Positions 16,255 to 24,147 of a DNA stretch of 38,066 nt are shown here, in pieces. The stretch lies in contig JAUWZB010000001.1 of assembly GCA_030615555.1 (NCBI GenBank), positions 1 to 38,066 on the forward strand. The letters are read 5' to 3'. This DNA is from Dehalococcoidales bacterium. GTDB lineage: Bacteria; Chloroflexota; Dehalococcoidia; E44-bin15. The notes beneath the pieces were generated by a model. It had not been told where the DNA came from, ran no database searches, and worked only from the letters and a program-made list of their open reading frames with translations. The position numbers were made by a program, and so were the translations under genes. How positions within the stretch are numbered: position 1 is the first letter of the stretch; each line of letters opens with the position of its first letter.

Positions 16255-16287
16255 GGCTATCCAGAGGTTTCAGGGTAGTCTTTTTTT
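16255..16287 (+). terminator. intrinsic terminator after the ntrC-like gene
   Basis: The stem GGCTATCC / GGGTAGTC has 8 bp including two G-U pairs. It has a 10-nt loop and is followed by seven T. Confidence 0.5.
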
Positions 16288-16302
16288 GGCAGGAAAATTG
16301 CA
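16287..16302 (+). promoter_or_regulatory. sigma-54 (-24/-12) promoter TGGCAG-GAAAA-TTGCA
   Basis: It matches the consensus TGGCAC-N5-TTGCW at 10 of the 11 specified positions and has the exact GG-N10-GC spacing. It lies 84 nt upstream of the ATG at 16386 and directly downstream of a sigma-54 activator gene. Confidence 0.7.
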
Positions 16303-16385
16303 AGTTCATAGGGTGAAAGGAGATGATAGAAATGAGAGGACAACGAGTTGTGGCAACTAAGGAAAAAGAAAAGGAGGCCACAAAA

Positions 16386-17390
16386 ATGAAACCGGTGCTA
16401 ATCGTTGAGGATGAAGCCATCATGCGAGAGTCGCTCAGAGACTGGCTTAAGGATGAGGGCTACGAGGTAGAAACAGCCGAGCAAGGGGAAGAAGCTTTAC
16501 ACAGGATCGGTGAGGTGGACTTTGGTGTTGTGGTGCTCGACCTGAGATTGCCGGGAAAGGACGGGCTTGAGGTGTTGAAGGAGGCGATGGCACAAAGGCC
16601 ACAGCTCAAGGGGATCATCATTACCGCTTATCCATCGGTGGAGACAGCAGTGGAGGCGATGAAACTCGGGGCAGTTGATTACGTAGTTAAGCCCTTCGCC
16701 CCTGATGCTCTGGAAAAATTGATCCGGGAGACCCTTGGAGCTGTTCAGGTGGAGATAAGGCCTAAGACTGCTACTGAGGAGATAGTGGGAGCTCCCGCAG
16801 TTGAGGAGGCCAAGGTTGAGGAAGCCATAGCCATAACCGAGGAGGAAATCCCCACCCACCTCCAGCAAGGCAAGGATCACTTCAAGGCAGGCCGCTATGG
16901 GGAGGCAGTGAAGGAATTCGAGGCCATCCTCAACCTCGCCCCAGGGCACATCGAGACTCGGACTCTGATTCGAAAGGCGAAGGAAGAGCTGGCGAGGCCG
17001 AGGATTGAGGTGCCTGAAGGGGAGGCTGCTCTTGAGGAAGCGGTCAAGCCCAAGGAGTGTGTCTGGATGAAGCTGGGGGTGGTCTCCTATCGGCTTTGCA
17101 CCCAGGACTACGATTGCCTCAACTGCGAGTTTGACCAGATGATGCAAGAGCGGATGGCTAAGGGGGAGGCCCCGGAGATCGAAGAGGCTCTGGAGAGATT
17201 TAAGGAACTACCCGGCAACCAGAGGCTTTGTCGTTACGCTCTCAAGGGCGATGTCAACTACCGGCTTTGCACCAGCCTCTTTCAATGTGCCACATGTGAA
17301 TTTGGTCAAATGATGGACGATGCTCTCCAGCGAAAGCTGGATAAGCTAGCTACCCGACGGGAAGCATTACGCAAAAAGTCTCATCTTTAA
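16386..17390 (+). CDS. orphan receiver protein with a TPR-like segment and two C-terminal Cx12Cx5Cx2C modules
   Basis: REC shows VLIVEDE...VLDLRLPGKDG...KPF. A TPR-like segment is GKDHFKAGRYGEAVKEFEAILNLAPGH. The repeats are CVWMKLGVVSYRLCTQDYDCLNCEFDQMM and CRYALKGDVNYRLCTSLFQCATCEFGQMM. ATG 16386 with AAGGAGG 8 nt upstream is preferred. ATG 16323 and ATG 16332 are alternatives. Confidence 0.8.
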   Translation: MKPVLIVEDEAIMRESLRDWLKDEGYEVETAEQGEEALHRIGEVDFGVVVLDLRLPGKDGLEVLKEAMAQRPQLKGIIITAYPSVETAVEAMKLGAVDYVVKPFAPDALEKLIRETLGAVQVEIRPKTATEEIVGAPAVEEAKVEEAIAITEEEIPTHLQQGKDHFKAGRYGEAVKEFEAILNLAPGHIETRTLIRKAKEELARPRIEVPEGEAALEEAVKPKECVWMKLGVVSYRLCTQDYDCLNCEFDQMMQERMAKGEAPEIEEALERFKELPGNQRLCRYALKGDVNYRLCTSLFQCATCEFGQMMDDALQRKLDKLATRREALRKKSHL

Positions 17391-17479
17391 TTTGCTTTGC
17401 TAACTCTTGAGCACCATGGGAACCTATCCCATCATCTCCCAAGATCGGGTTCCCTATACCTAAAACAAGCTTTTTCACA

Positions 17480-18904
17480 TTAGCTCCTTAATCTCCGATA
17501 AATATTTCCCGCTGAATCGTAGACACTTATTTCCAAAGGCATCTGACCTAGGGAGTGTGTAGCGCAAGAGAGACATGGGTCATAGCAGCGAATAGCAACC
17601 TCAACCCGATTAAGTATCCCTTCAGTAACCTTGCCGGCTTTGATAAATTCCTTAGCTACCTCATAGACAGCGCGATTCATTGCTAAATTATTATGACCAG
17701 TAGCTACAATTAGGTTGACCTTGCGAATCATACCGCTTGTATCTATCCAATAATGGTGGAAAAGGGTTCCCCGAGGGGCTTCAACTACTCCCACCGCCTC
17801 TTCATTGAGCTTGGTGGAGGTGACCCATATTTCCGTGGAGCAGATGAGATCATCCTGCAGGAGTGACTTTATCCTTTCCGCGGCATGCAGTGCCTCGATC
17901 ATTCGGGCATAGTGGTAGTATAATGATCCTTCTACTACCCCCTTGCCCATCAGTTTCTTGAAGTTCTGAAACTCCTTATTGGCCAGGGGGGTGGCAATGC
18001 CATCGGCGATATTCAATCTGGCCAGCGGTCCCACGCGGTAAATGCCTGCGGGATAACCCTTCTTTTTATAATAGGGGAACTTGAGGTAAGACCAGTCCTC
18101 CACCTTTTCTTCAATGATGGAGAGGTAATCCTCGGGAGCAATCTTATCCTCCCGAATAATCCCTTTATCATCTTTCAATCTGAGCTTCCCATCATAAAGC
18201 TCCAGGTTGCCGTTATCATCGACTAGTCCGAGATAGCCAGTGGGAAAGTTGGCAAAGCGGGCAGACTCCTCGCTATGCTGGTCATAGTACCCCTTGATCA
18301 GGTCTATGGCGATTTGAACATCGGCGATCATCCCGTCTAGCTGTCCGAGGAATTCCTCGCGTTTCTCCGGGGAAAGGGCCTTATTCATCCCTCCCGGGAT
18401 GGCAGCATTGGGATGAACCCTCTTATCCCCAAGCTCCTCGATTATCTTCAGGCCAAAAGCGCGCAGTCCTACTCCCTTTTTGGCGAGCTCGGGGTTTTTC
18501 GCAATAACCCCCATAACGTTTCGGATGGCGGGGTCAGCATCCATGCCGAAGAGCAGATCAGGGCTGGCCAGATGAAAAAAGTGCAGCGAGTGAGACTGAA
18601 GATACTGGGCCATGTGCATTAACTGGCGCAGCATCTTTGCTGTAGGGGTCAGCTCCACCCCCAGGAGAGCATCCCCAGCCTTGGCTGAGGCGAGGTGGTG
18701 GCTTACAGGACAAATACCACAGATTCGGCTGGTGATGACCGGCATCTCCCAGAAAAGCCGCCCCTCGCAAAACTTCTCAAATCCCCGCACCTGGGTCACA
18801 TGAAACCTGGCCTGAGCTACATTTCCGCTATCGTCAAGATGAATAGTTACCTTTCCATGCCCCTCAAGGCGGGTAACTGGCTCAATTATGATTTTCCTGG
18901 TCAT
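17480..18904 (-). CDS. hoxH: [NiFe] hydrogenase large subunit, group 3 (Hox-like by context)
   Basis: RLEGHGKV, the N-terminal ligand pair [10 protein letters not shown] and the C-terminal pair DPCLSCATH are present. A 24-aa tail follows the His and is the expected substrate of a maturation endopeptidase. Confidence 0.9.
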   Translation of the reverse strand: MTRKIIIEPVTRLEGHGKVTIHLDDSGNVAQARFHVTQVRGFEKFCEGRLFWEMPVITSRICGICPVSHHLASAKAGDALLGVELTPTAKMLRQLMHMAQYLQSHSLHFFHLASPDLLFGMDADPAIRNVMGVIAKNPELAKKGVGLRAFGLKIIEELGDKRVHPNAAIPGGMNKALSPEKREEFLGQLDGMIADVQIAIDLIKGYYDQHSEESARFANFPTGYLGLVDDNGNLELYDGKLRLKDDKGIIREDKIAPEDYLSIIEEKVEDWSYLKFPYYKKKGYPAGIYRVGPLARLNIADGIATPLANKEFQNFKKLMGKGVVEGSLYYHYARMIEALHAAERIKSLLQDDLICSTEIWVTSTKLNEEAVGVVEAPRGTLFHHYWIDTSGMIRKVNLIVATGHNNLAMNRAVYEVAKEFIKAGKVTEGILNRVEVAIRCYDPCLSCATHSLGQMPLEISVYDSAGNIYRRLRS

Positions 18905-18916
18905 TCAATAGCCTCC

Positions 18917-19456
18917 TCAATCAAACCTCATCATCTCGCTCGGGAGCACTGGAATTCTGCCCTCCAGAAGTTCGGTCAGGGCATAGTGAATAGCTTTAGA
19001 GCTAGGGGGGCACCCCGGAACATAACAATCAACTTTAACCACCTGGTTTACCGGCTTAACCTGCTCTAAGAGCTGGGGGAGGTCTTCTGAGGATGGGACT
19101 TTACCGTCTTTGGTGCTCTCGGTCTCAAGATAATATCTGCGAAAAACCTCTTCTTTGCTGAAAAGGTTGCGCATGGTGCATATCCCCCCAAAGCAAGCGC
19201 AATCGCCCCACACCATCAGTATTTTGCAGTTGGCACGCAATTCCTTGGCTACTTCTTCATCGTGGGTGTTGCCTATTGCCCCTTCAATAATCCCAACATC
19301 GACAGGTGAAAACTCTTTAATGTCGGTTATGGGACTGGCGGTGATTTCAATTGCATCTGCCAGACCGATAAGCGCCTCATCTAAATCCAGAAAAGACATA
19401 TGGCATCCAGCGCAACAGTCTAACCATGCTGTAGCGACCTTAACCTTTGCCACCAT
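18917..19456 (-). CDS. hoxY: [NiFe] hydrogenase small subunit (HoxY / NuoB-like, proximal cluster only)
   Basis: 179 aa. WLDCCAGCHMSF, GDCACFGG and VPGCPP supply the four-Cys set of the proximal [4Fe-4S] cluster. The short length is typical of group 3 small subunits. Confidence 0.85.
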   Translation of the reverse strand: MVAKVKVATAWLDCCAGCHMSFLDLDEALIGLADAIEITASPITDIKEFSPVDVGIIEGAIGNTHDEEVAKELRANCKILMVWGDCACFGGICTMRNLFSKEEVFRRYYLETESTKDGKVPSSEDLPQLLEQVKPVNQVVKVDCYVPGCPPSSKAIHYALTELLEGRIPVLPSEMMRFD

Positions 19457-19463
19457 TAACCTC

Positions 19464-21437
19464 CTAGCTTGGCCTTAATTCGTGCCCTAGCTTTTTGGAA
19501 AGCTCGATCAATATCTCCTGGTCCTGAAGCAGACCATCTTTGGGTTGAAGCACTCGTTTTAATTCGAGAAGGCGGCCATCCATGCTCATATATTTGCCTT
19601 CCCTCTCTGCCCAGATGGGAGAGGGCAGAACTACATCAGCTATGGCTGTAGCAGGTGAGTGATAGCTTGCGTGCACCACCAGGAAATCGATTCCTTTAAG
19701 CCAGTCCAATAGCTCCTCGTCCTCCTGTTCATCGCCAAGGAGAAGGTAGAGCCCTTTCAGCCCATCCCGCTTTATCTCTCCTGCCGCGAGACCCAGCTCC
19801 CAGCCACCGCGGCTATTGGCAGCGGGTTTGAGCGAGATGACCCTTAGCCTACCGCCCGCCTGATTTCCTGTTAAATCAGCCAAATTGAGCAGGGAGGTAA
19901 CAATGCTTGGATCGTTCCGCTGCACCAATCCTTCTCCGTAGATGATTACGCCACGCTTAGCTTGACCGTACATCTCTGCTGCCAACTCCAAGCTCTCCCT
20001 CTCTATGCCTGTGGCTCTGTTTACCTCGCCTGTCTTATACTGGCTCAGAGATTGGACAGGCTCTGCGGTTACCTTTTCCCGCGCGACCAGGCCCTTATCA
20101 ATAATGATCTTGGCTAGGCCATTAAGAAGAACCCCTTCACTACCTGCCACGGGTTTAAGCCAGAGGTCGGTCCACAGAGGGAAAACATCCTGCGATGAAT
20201 CTACCACTATCAACTTTGCTCCCTTTTGGCTTACTGCTCGCTGCACGAGAGTGCCAATGATGGGATGGGTCTTCTTGGGATCGGCCCCTGCTATAAGAAT
20301 GCAATCTGCATCTAGTATCTCTTCAATGGGGCACTCGATGTCCAATCCCTTTCCGCCATTTTGAAGCTGGCTAACACCCTCGGCGATTATCCGATAGCTC
20401 CTTCCGCCCAGGGTATCGATGGAATCGCTGCCGATCACCTCACGGATAAATTTATAAAACAAGGAAAGTGTTTCATTTGGGAGTCTTGCGGACATTATGC
20501 CAGCAAAGCCATCCTTTAACCCGCTCACTCTCCCGGCAATGACCTCCGCTGCCTTATCCCAAGTACATTCTTCAAGCTTGCCTTGCTTGCCTCGCACCAA
20601 GGGAGAGGTGACCCGGGGACGAGTTTCGAGAAGCAACTCAAAACGCCCCATGCTGCACAGTGGCCCTCTTAGCTCCGTTAACCTTGGCGCTTCAATCCTC
20701 ACGATGTTATTGTCTTTCACCAGTACATTCAGTTCACAGCCAACTCCGCAAGCAGAACAAACAGTCGTTATCTGCTGGCAGTCGCTTGTGCTACCCTTAT
20801 AAAGACTGAGCTTGCTGAAAATAGCACCTGTGGGACATGCCTGCACACAAGCACCGCAGGAGGTGCAGGATGATTCGCCCACTGGTTGCTCCAAGTCGGC
20901 AGACACCAGCGTTCTCCAGCCACGTCTACTGAAATCCAGAGTATAGTTTGCCGCTATCTCACTACACGCCCGAATGCACCTGCCACAAAGGATGCAACGG
21001 TTATGGTCAATCACCAGGTAATCACTTAATGGATCCACAGGCAAAGAGGGAAAGGTATAGGGGTAGCGCACATTGTCCATCTGATATCGGTAGGCCAGTT
21101 TTTGTAGCTCACAGTCTCCGCTCTGCTCGCAGAACATGCAGAAATGATTGCGCTCGGTGAAGATGAGTTCCAATATCTGGCGGCGATATTTCTCCAGCTC
21201 CTCAGTGTGGGTTTTCACCACCAGTCCATCCCTGGTGGGGTAGGTGCAGGAAGGAACTGGCCTCCTCTCCCCCTCGATCTCCACCACACACATTCGGCAG
21301 GCTCCCACGTCACTTAATCCCTCCAGGTGACAGAGCGTAGGCACATCGATGCCATTAGCCTGACAGATTTCAAGAACGGTATCCCCTTCCCTCCCTTTAA
21401 CTTGCTGATCATTGATTGTCAAAGTTATCTCTTTCAT
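19464..21437 (-). CDS. NuoG/HoxU-like Fe-S subunit carrying a degenerate, non-catalytic molybdopterin-oxidoreductase domain
   Basis: Motifs are the N-terminal [2Fe-2S] site (CHLEG..GACRMC..C), HFCMFCEQSGDCELQ, CILCGRCIRAC, CTSCGACVQACPTGA and CSACGVGCEL. At the FDH active-site position it reads IDTLGGRSY, where the paralog upstream has IDHCARLCH. The C-terminal dinucleotide-binding barrel appears to be missing. Confidence 0.8.
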   Translation of the reverse strand: MKEITLTINDQQVKGREGDTVLEICQANGIDVPTLCHLEGLSDVGACRMCVVEIEGERRPVPSCTYPTRDGLVVKTHTEELEKYRRQILELIFTERNHFCMFCEQSGDCELQKLAYRYQMDNVRYPYTFPSLPVDPLSDYLVIDHNRCILCGRCIRACSEIAANYTLDFSRRGWRTLVSADLEQPVGESSCTSCGACVQACPTGAIFSKLSLYKGSTSDCQQITTVCSACGVGCELNVLVKDNNIVRIEAPRLTELRGPLCSMGRFELLLETRPRVTSPLVRGKQGKLEECTWDKAAEVIAGRVSGLKDGFAGIMSARLPNETLSLFYKFIREVIGSDSIDTLGGRSYRIIAEGVSQLQNGGKGLDIECPIEEILDADCILIAGADPKKTHPIIGTLVQRAVSQKGAKLIVVDSSQDVFPLWTDLWLKPVAGSEGVLLNGLAKIIIDKGLVAREKVTAEPVQSLSQYKTGEVNRATGIERESLELAAEMYGQAKRGVIIYGEGLVQRNDPSIVTSLLNLADLTGNQAGGRLRVISLKPAANSRGGWELGLAAGEIKRDGLKGLYLLLGDEQEDEELLDWLKGIDFLVVHASYHSPATAIADVVLPSPIWAEREGKYMSMDGRLLELKRVLQPKDGLLQDQEILIELSKKLGHELRPS

Positions 21438-21452
21438 CGTGTTAACCCTCTC

Positions 21453-24128
21453 CTAATCTTCAACGGGAGGCGCCTTTTCTACCCTGACCGCGCACACCTT
21501 AAGCTCGGGGATCTTGGCTATGGGGTCAACGGCAGGGTTGGTGAGTATATTTGTTGGGCTCTCAGCAAAATGGAAGGTCATAGAGATCACACCTGGCGGT
21601 GAAACTGGCGTTATCTTCACTCTCGCTGTTACCTCTCCGCGGCGGGAGACCACTTTTACCCTCTGGCCATCGGCGATGCCAAGGGCTTTAGCATCCACCG
21701 GGTTCATCTCCACCAGCTCCTCACCCTTCAAAACATTGAGCCCCTTCACCCTTCTGGTCACAGTTCCGGTGTGGAAGTGATACAGGCTGCGCTCCGTGGT
21801 GAGGATCAGGGGGTAGTCATTATCGGTCTGCTCCAGCGATGGCTTATACTCCAGAGGCAAAAACCTCCCCTTCCCACGGGTGAATTGCTCGGTGTGCAGG
21901 ATGGGTGTTCCCGGATGCTCCTTAGTAGGGCATGGCCATTGTAGGCCACCATCATCCAGGCGCTCATAGGAGATGCCCCCATAGGAGGGGGTAAGCTCGG
22001 CGATCTCTGCCATGATCTGGGAGGGATGTTCGAAATCGAAGCCCTGGCCTCCGAGCCGCTTGGCAATCTGGCAGGTGATCCACCAATCGGGCTTTGAATC
22101 GCCCTTGGGCTCGAGGGCCCGGCGCACCCGCTGCACCCTCCGCTCAGTGTTGGTAAAGATGCCGTCCTTCTCGGCGAAGGTTGCGGCCGGGAGGACAACA
22201 TGGGCAAGCTGAGCCGTCTCGGAAAGGAAGACATCCTGAACCACAAGGAATTCCAACTTCTTTAGCGCCTCATCGATATGGGTGGCCTCGGGATCGCTTA
22301 ACATTGGATTCTCGCCAACAAGGTAGAGTGCCTTGACCTTTTTCTCATATGCCGCCTGGAAGATCTCGGTGAGCGTCAGCCCAGGGGATGTATTCAAGCT
22401 ACACTGCCAGGCAGTCTCAAATTTCTCTTCGACCTTTGGGTCGTCGACTCGCTGGTAGCCGGTATACACATTGGGCAACGCACCCATGTCGCAGGCACCC
22501 TGGACATTGTTCTGCCCCCTTAAGGGGTTTACCCCAGTAGACGGCTTGCCAATATTCCCGGTGAGCATCGCCAAGTTGGCAGTAGCTAGCACGTTGTCAG
22601 TGCCATGGGTATGCTGGGTAATTCCCATAGCATAAAGAATGGTGGCAGGCTTGTTGGTAGCGTATAATCGGGCGGCTTCAGCCACCTGTTCAGCGGGCAC
22701 CGCCGTGACCCGTTCCACAAAATCTAAATCAAAAGGCTCAAGGGACTGCTTAAAGGCATCGAAGTTCTCGCAGCGTTCCTCTATAAAGGAGGAGTCGGCC
22801 AGACCTGCGTCGATGATAACCCGCATCATGCCCATGAGTAAAGCTACATCGCTGCCGGGACGATGCCTAAGCCAGAGATGGCCGATACGGCAAAGGTCGA
22901 TCTCCCGCGGGTTGGCCACAATGAGTTTTGCCCCATCTCTCACTGCCTTTTTTATCTTGAGGCCGATCACGGGGTGGGTGGCGGTGGTATTTGTTCCGAT
23001 AGCCAGGATACAAGCAGCCCCACTGATCTCGTCAATTGAGTTGGTCATGGCGCCGCTGCCGAAGCTTTGAGCTAAGCCTGCAACGGTTGGGGCATGGCAG
23101 AGGCGGGCACAGTGGTCGATATTATTGGTAGCCAGCACCGCTCGGGCAAACTTCTGGATAAGGTAGTTCTCCTCATTGGTGCACTTTGCCGAGGAGATAA
23201 CTGCAACTTTGTCTCCCTTATACTCGGCTAATCTACCAGCAATAAAGCCCAGTGCCTCGTCCCAGGTTGCCTCTGAAAGCTTGCCATTTCGCCTAATTAA
23301 GGGTGAAGTCAGGCGCTCTGGGTGGTTAATAAACTCAAAGCCAAACTGACCCTTGACGCAGAGACTACCCTTGCTCACGGGACTCTCCAGATCACCCCTG
23401 ATCCCCACCACCTCGTTCCCGCGAACGGCTAAATATATACCGCAGCCAACGCCACAGTAAGGGCAGATTGTCTTGACCTCCTTTGCTGGCCACCTGAAGT
23501 CCTTTGGCATGAGCGCCCCTGTTGGGCACTTGGCAACACACTGTCCACAGGATTCGCACACCGACTCAACAATCGGCCTGTCATCGACAGTGACGATCTT
23601 GGATGACGGGCCATCATTGAATACCTCCAAGGCAGCAACGCCCTGTACTTCATCGCAAACTCGCACGCACTTACCGCAGAGGATGCACTTGCTAGAATCG
23701 CGGACAAAGAAGGGATTGCTGGAGTCGATGAGGGCTGGCCTTTCCAGCTTCTTGAAGCGCTGCTGATCGATGCCAACATAGGCTGCGATCCGTTGAAGCT
23801 CACAGTGCTGATTCTTGGGGCATGTCAAGCAGTTATCAGGGTGATCTGACAAAAGCAATTCAACAACGTGACGGCGCACTTCGTTAACACGCCTTGCCTC
23901 GGTACGAACCACCATTCCTTCAGCCACCGGAGTGGTGCAGGAAGCGGGCAACCCATCGACATTTTCGATCTCCACCAAGCATAGCCGGCAGCCCCCGTAA
24001 GGTTCCAGGTCGGGATCGCCGCAGAGGTTGGGGATATAGATGCCCGCATCCTGTGCTGTCTCGAGCACAGTCGCCCCTTCCCTTCCCTCCACCTTGGTGC
24101 CATCTATGGTTAGACTAACTTTGCCCAT
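21453..24128 (-). CDS. fdhA: formate dehydrogenase catalytic subunit, Cys type, with an N-terminal NuoG-like Fe-S domain
   Basis: 891 aa with [2Fe-2S] and multiple [4Fe-4S] motifs. The active-site block HCARLCHAPTVAGLAQSFGSGAMTNSIDEI aligns with E. coli FdhH ARVUHGPSVAGL..GNGAMSNAINEI, with Cys in place of Sec. The molybdopterin and C-terminal barrel regions are present. Confidence 0.9.
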   Translation of the reverse strand: MGKVSLTIDGTKVEGREGATVLETAQDAGIYIPNLCGDPDLEPYGGCRLCLVEIENVDGLPASCTTPVAEGMVVRTEARRVNEVRRHVVELLLSDHPDNCLTCPKNQHCELQRIAAYVGIDQQRFKKLERPALIDSSNPFFVRDSSKCILCGKCVRVCDEVQGVAALEVFNDGPSSKIVTVDDRPIVESVCESCGQCVAKCPTGALMPKDFRWPAKEVKTICPYCGVGCGIYLAVRGNEVVGIRGDLESPVSKGSLCVKGQFGFEFINHPERLTSPLIRRNGKLSEATWDEALGFIAGRLAEYKGDKVAVISSAKCTNEENYLIQKFARAVLATNNIDHCARLCHAPTVAGLAQSFGSGAMTNSIDEISGAACILAIGTNTTATHPVIGLKIKKAVRDGAKLIVANPREIDLCRIGHLWLRHRPGSDVALLMGMMRVIIDAGLADSSFIEERCENFDAFKQSLEPFDLDFVERVTAVPAEQVAEAARLYATNKPATILYAMGITQHTHGTDNVLATANLAMLTGNIGKPSTGVNPLRGQNNVQGACDMGALPNVYTGYQRVDDPKVEEKFETAWQCSLNTSPGLTLTEIFQAAYEKKVKALYLVGENPMLSDPEATHIDEALKKLEFLVVQDVFLSETAQLAHVVLPAATFAEKDGIFTNTERRVQRVRRALEPKGDSKPDWWITCQIAKRLGGQGFDFEHPSQIMAEIAELTPSYGGISYERLDDGGLQWPCPTKEHPGTPILHTEQFTRGKGRFLPLEYKPSLEQTDNDYPLILTTERSLYHFHTGTVTRRVKGLNVLKGEELVEMNPVDAKALGIADGQRVKVVSRRGEVTARVKITPVSPPGVISMTFHFAESPTNILTNPAVDPIAKIPELKVCAVRVEKAPPVED

Positions 24129-24147
24129 GTATTATCACCTCATTTAT

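Noticed and set aside
17418-17454. Inverted repeat GGGAACC-N23-GGTTCCC between the convergent REC and hoxH genes, considered as a possible bidirectional terminator.
   Set aside because: The loop is 23 nt and neither strand has a U-tract, so it is not convincing as an intrinsic terminator.
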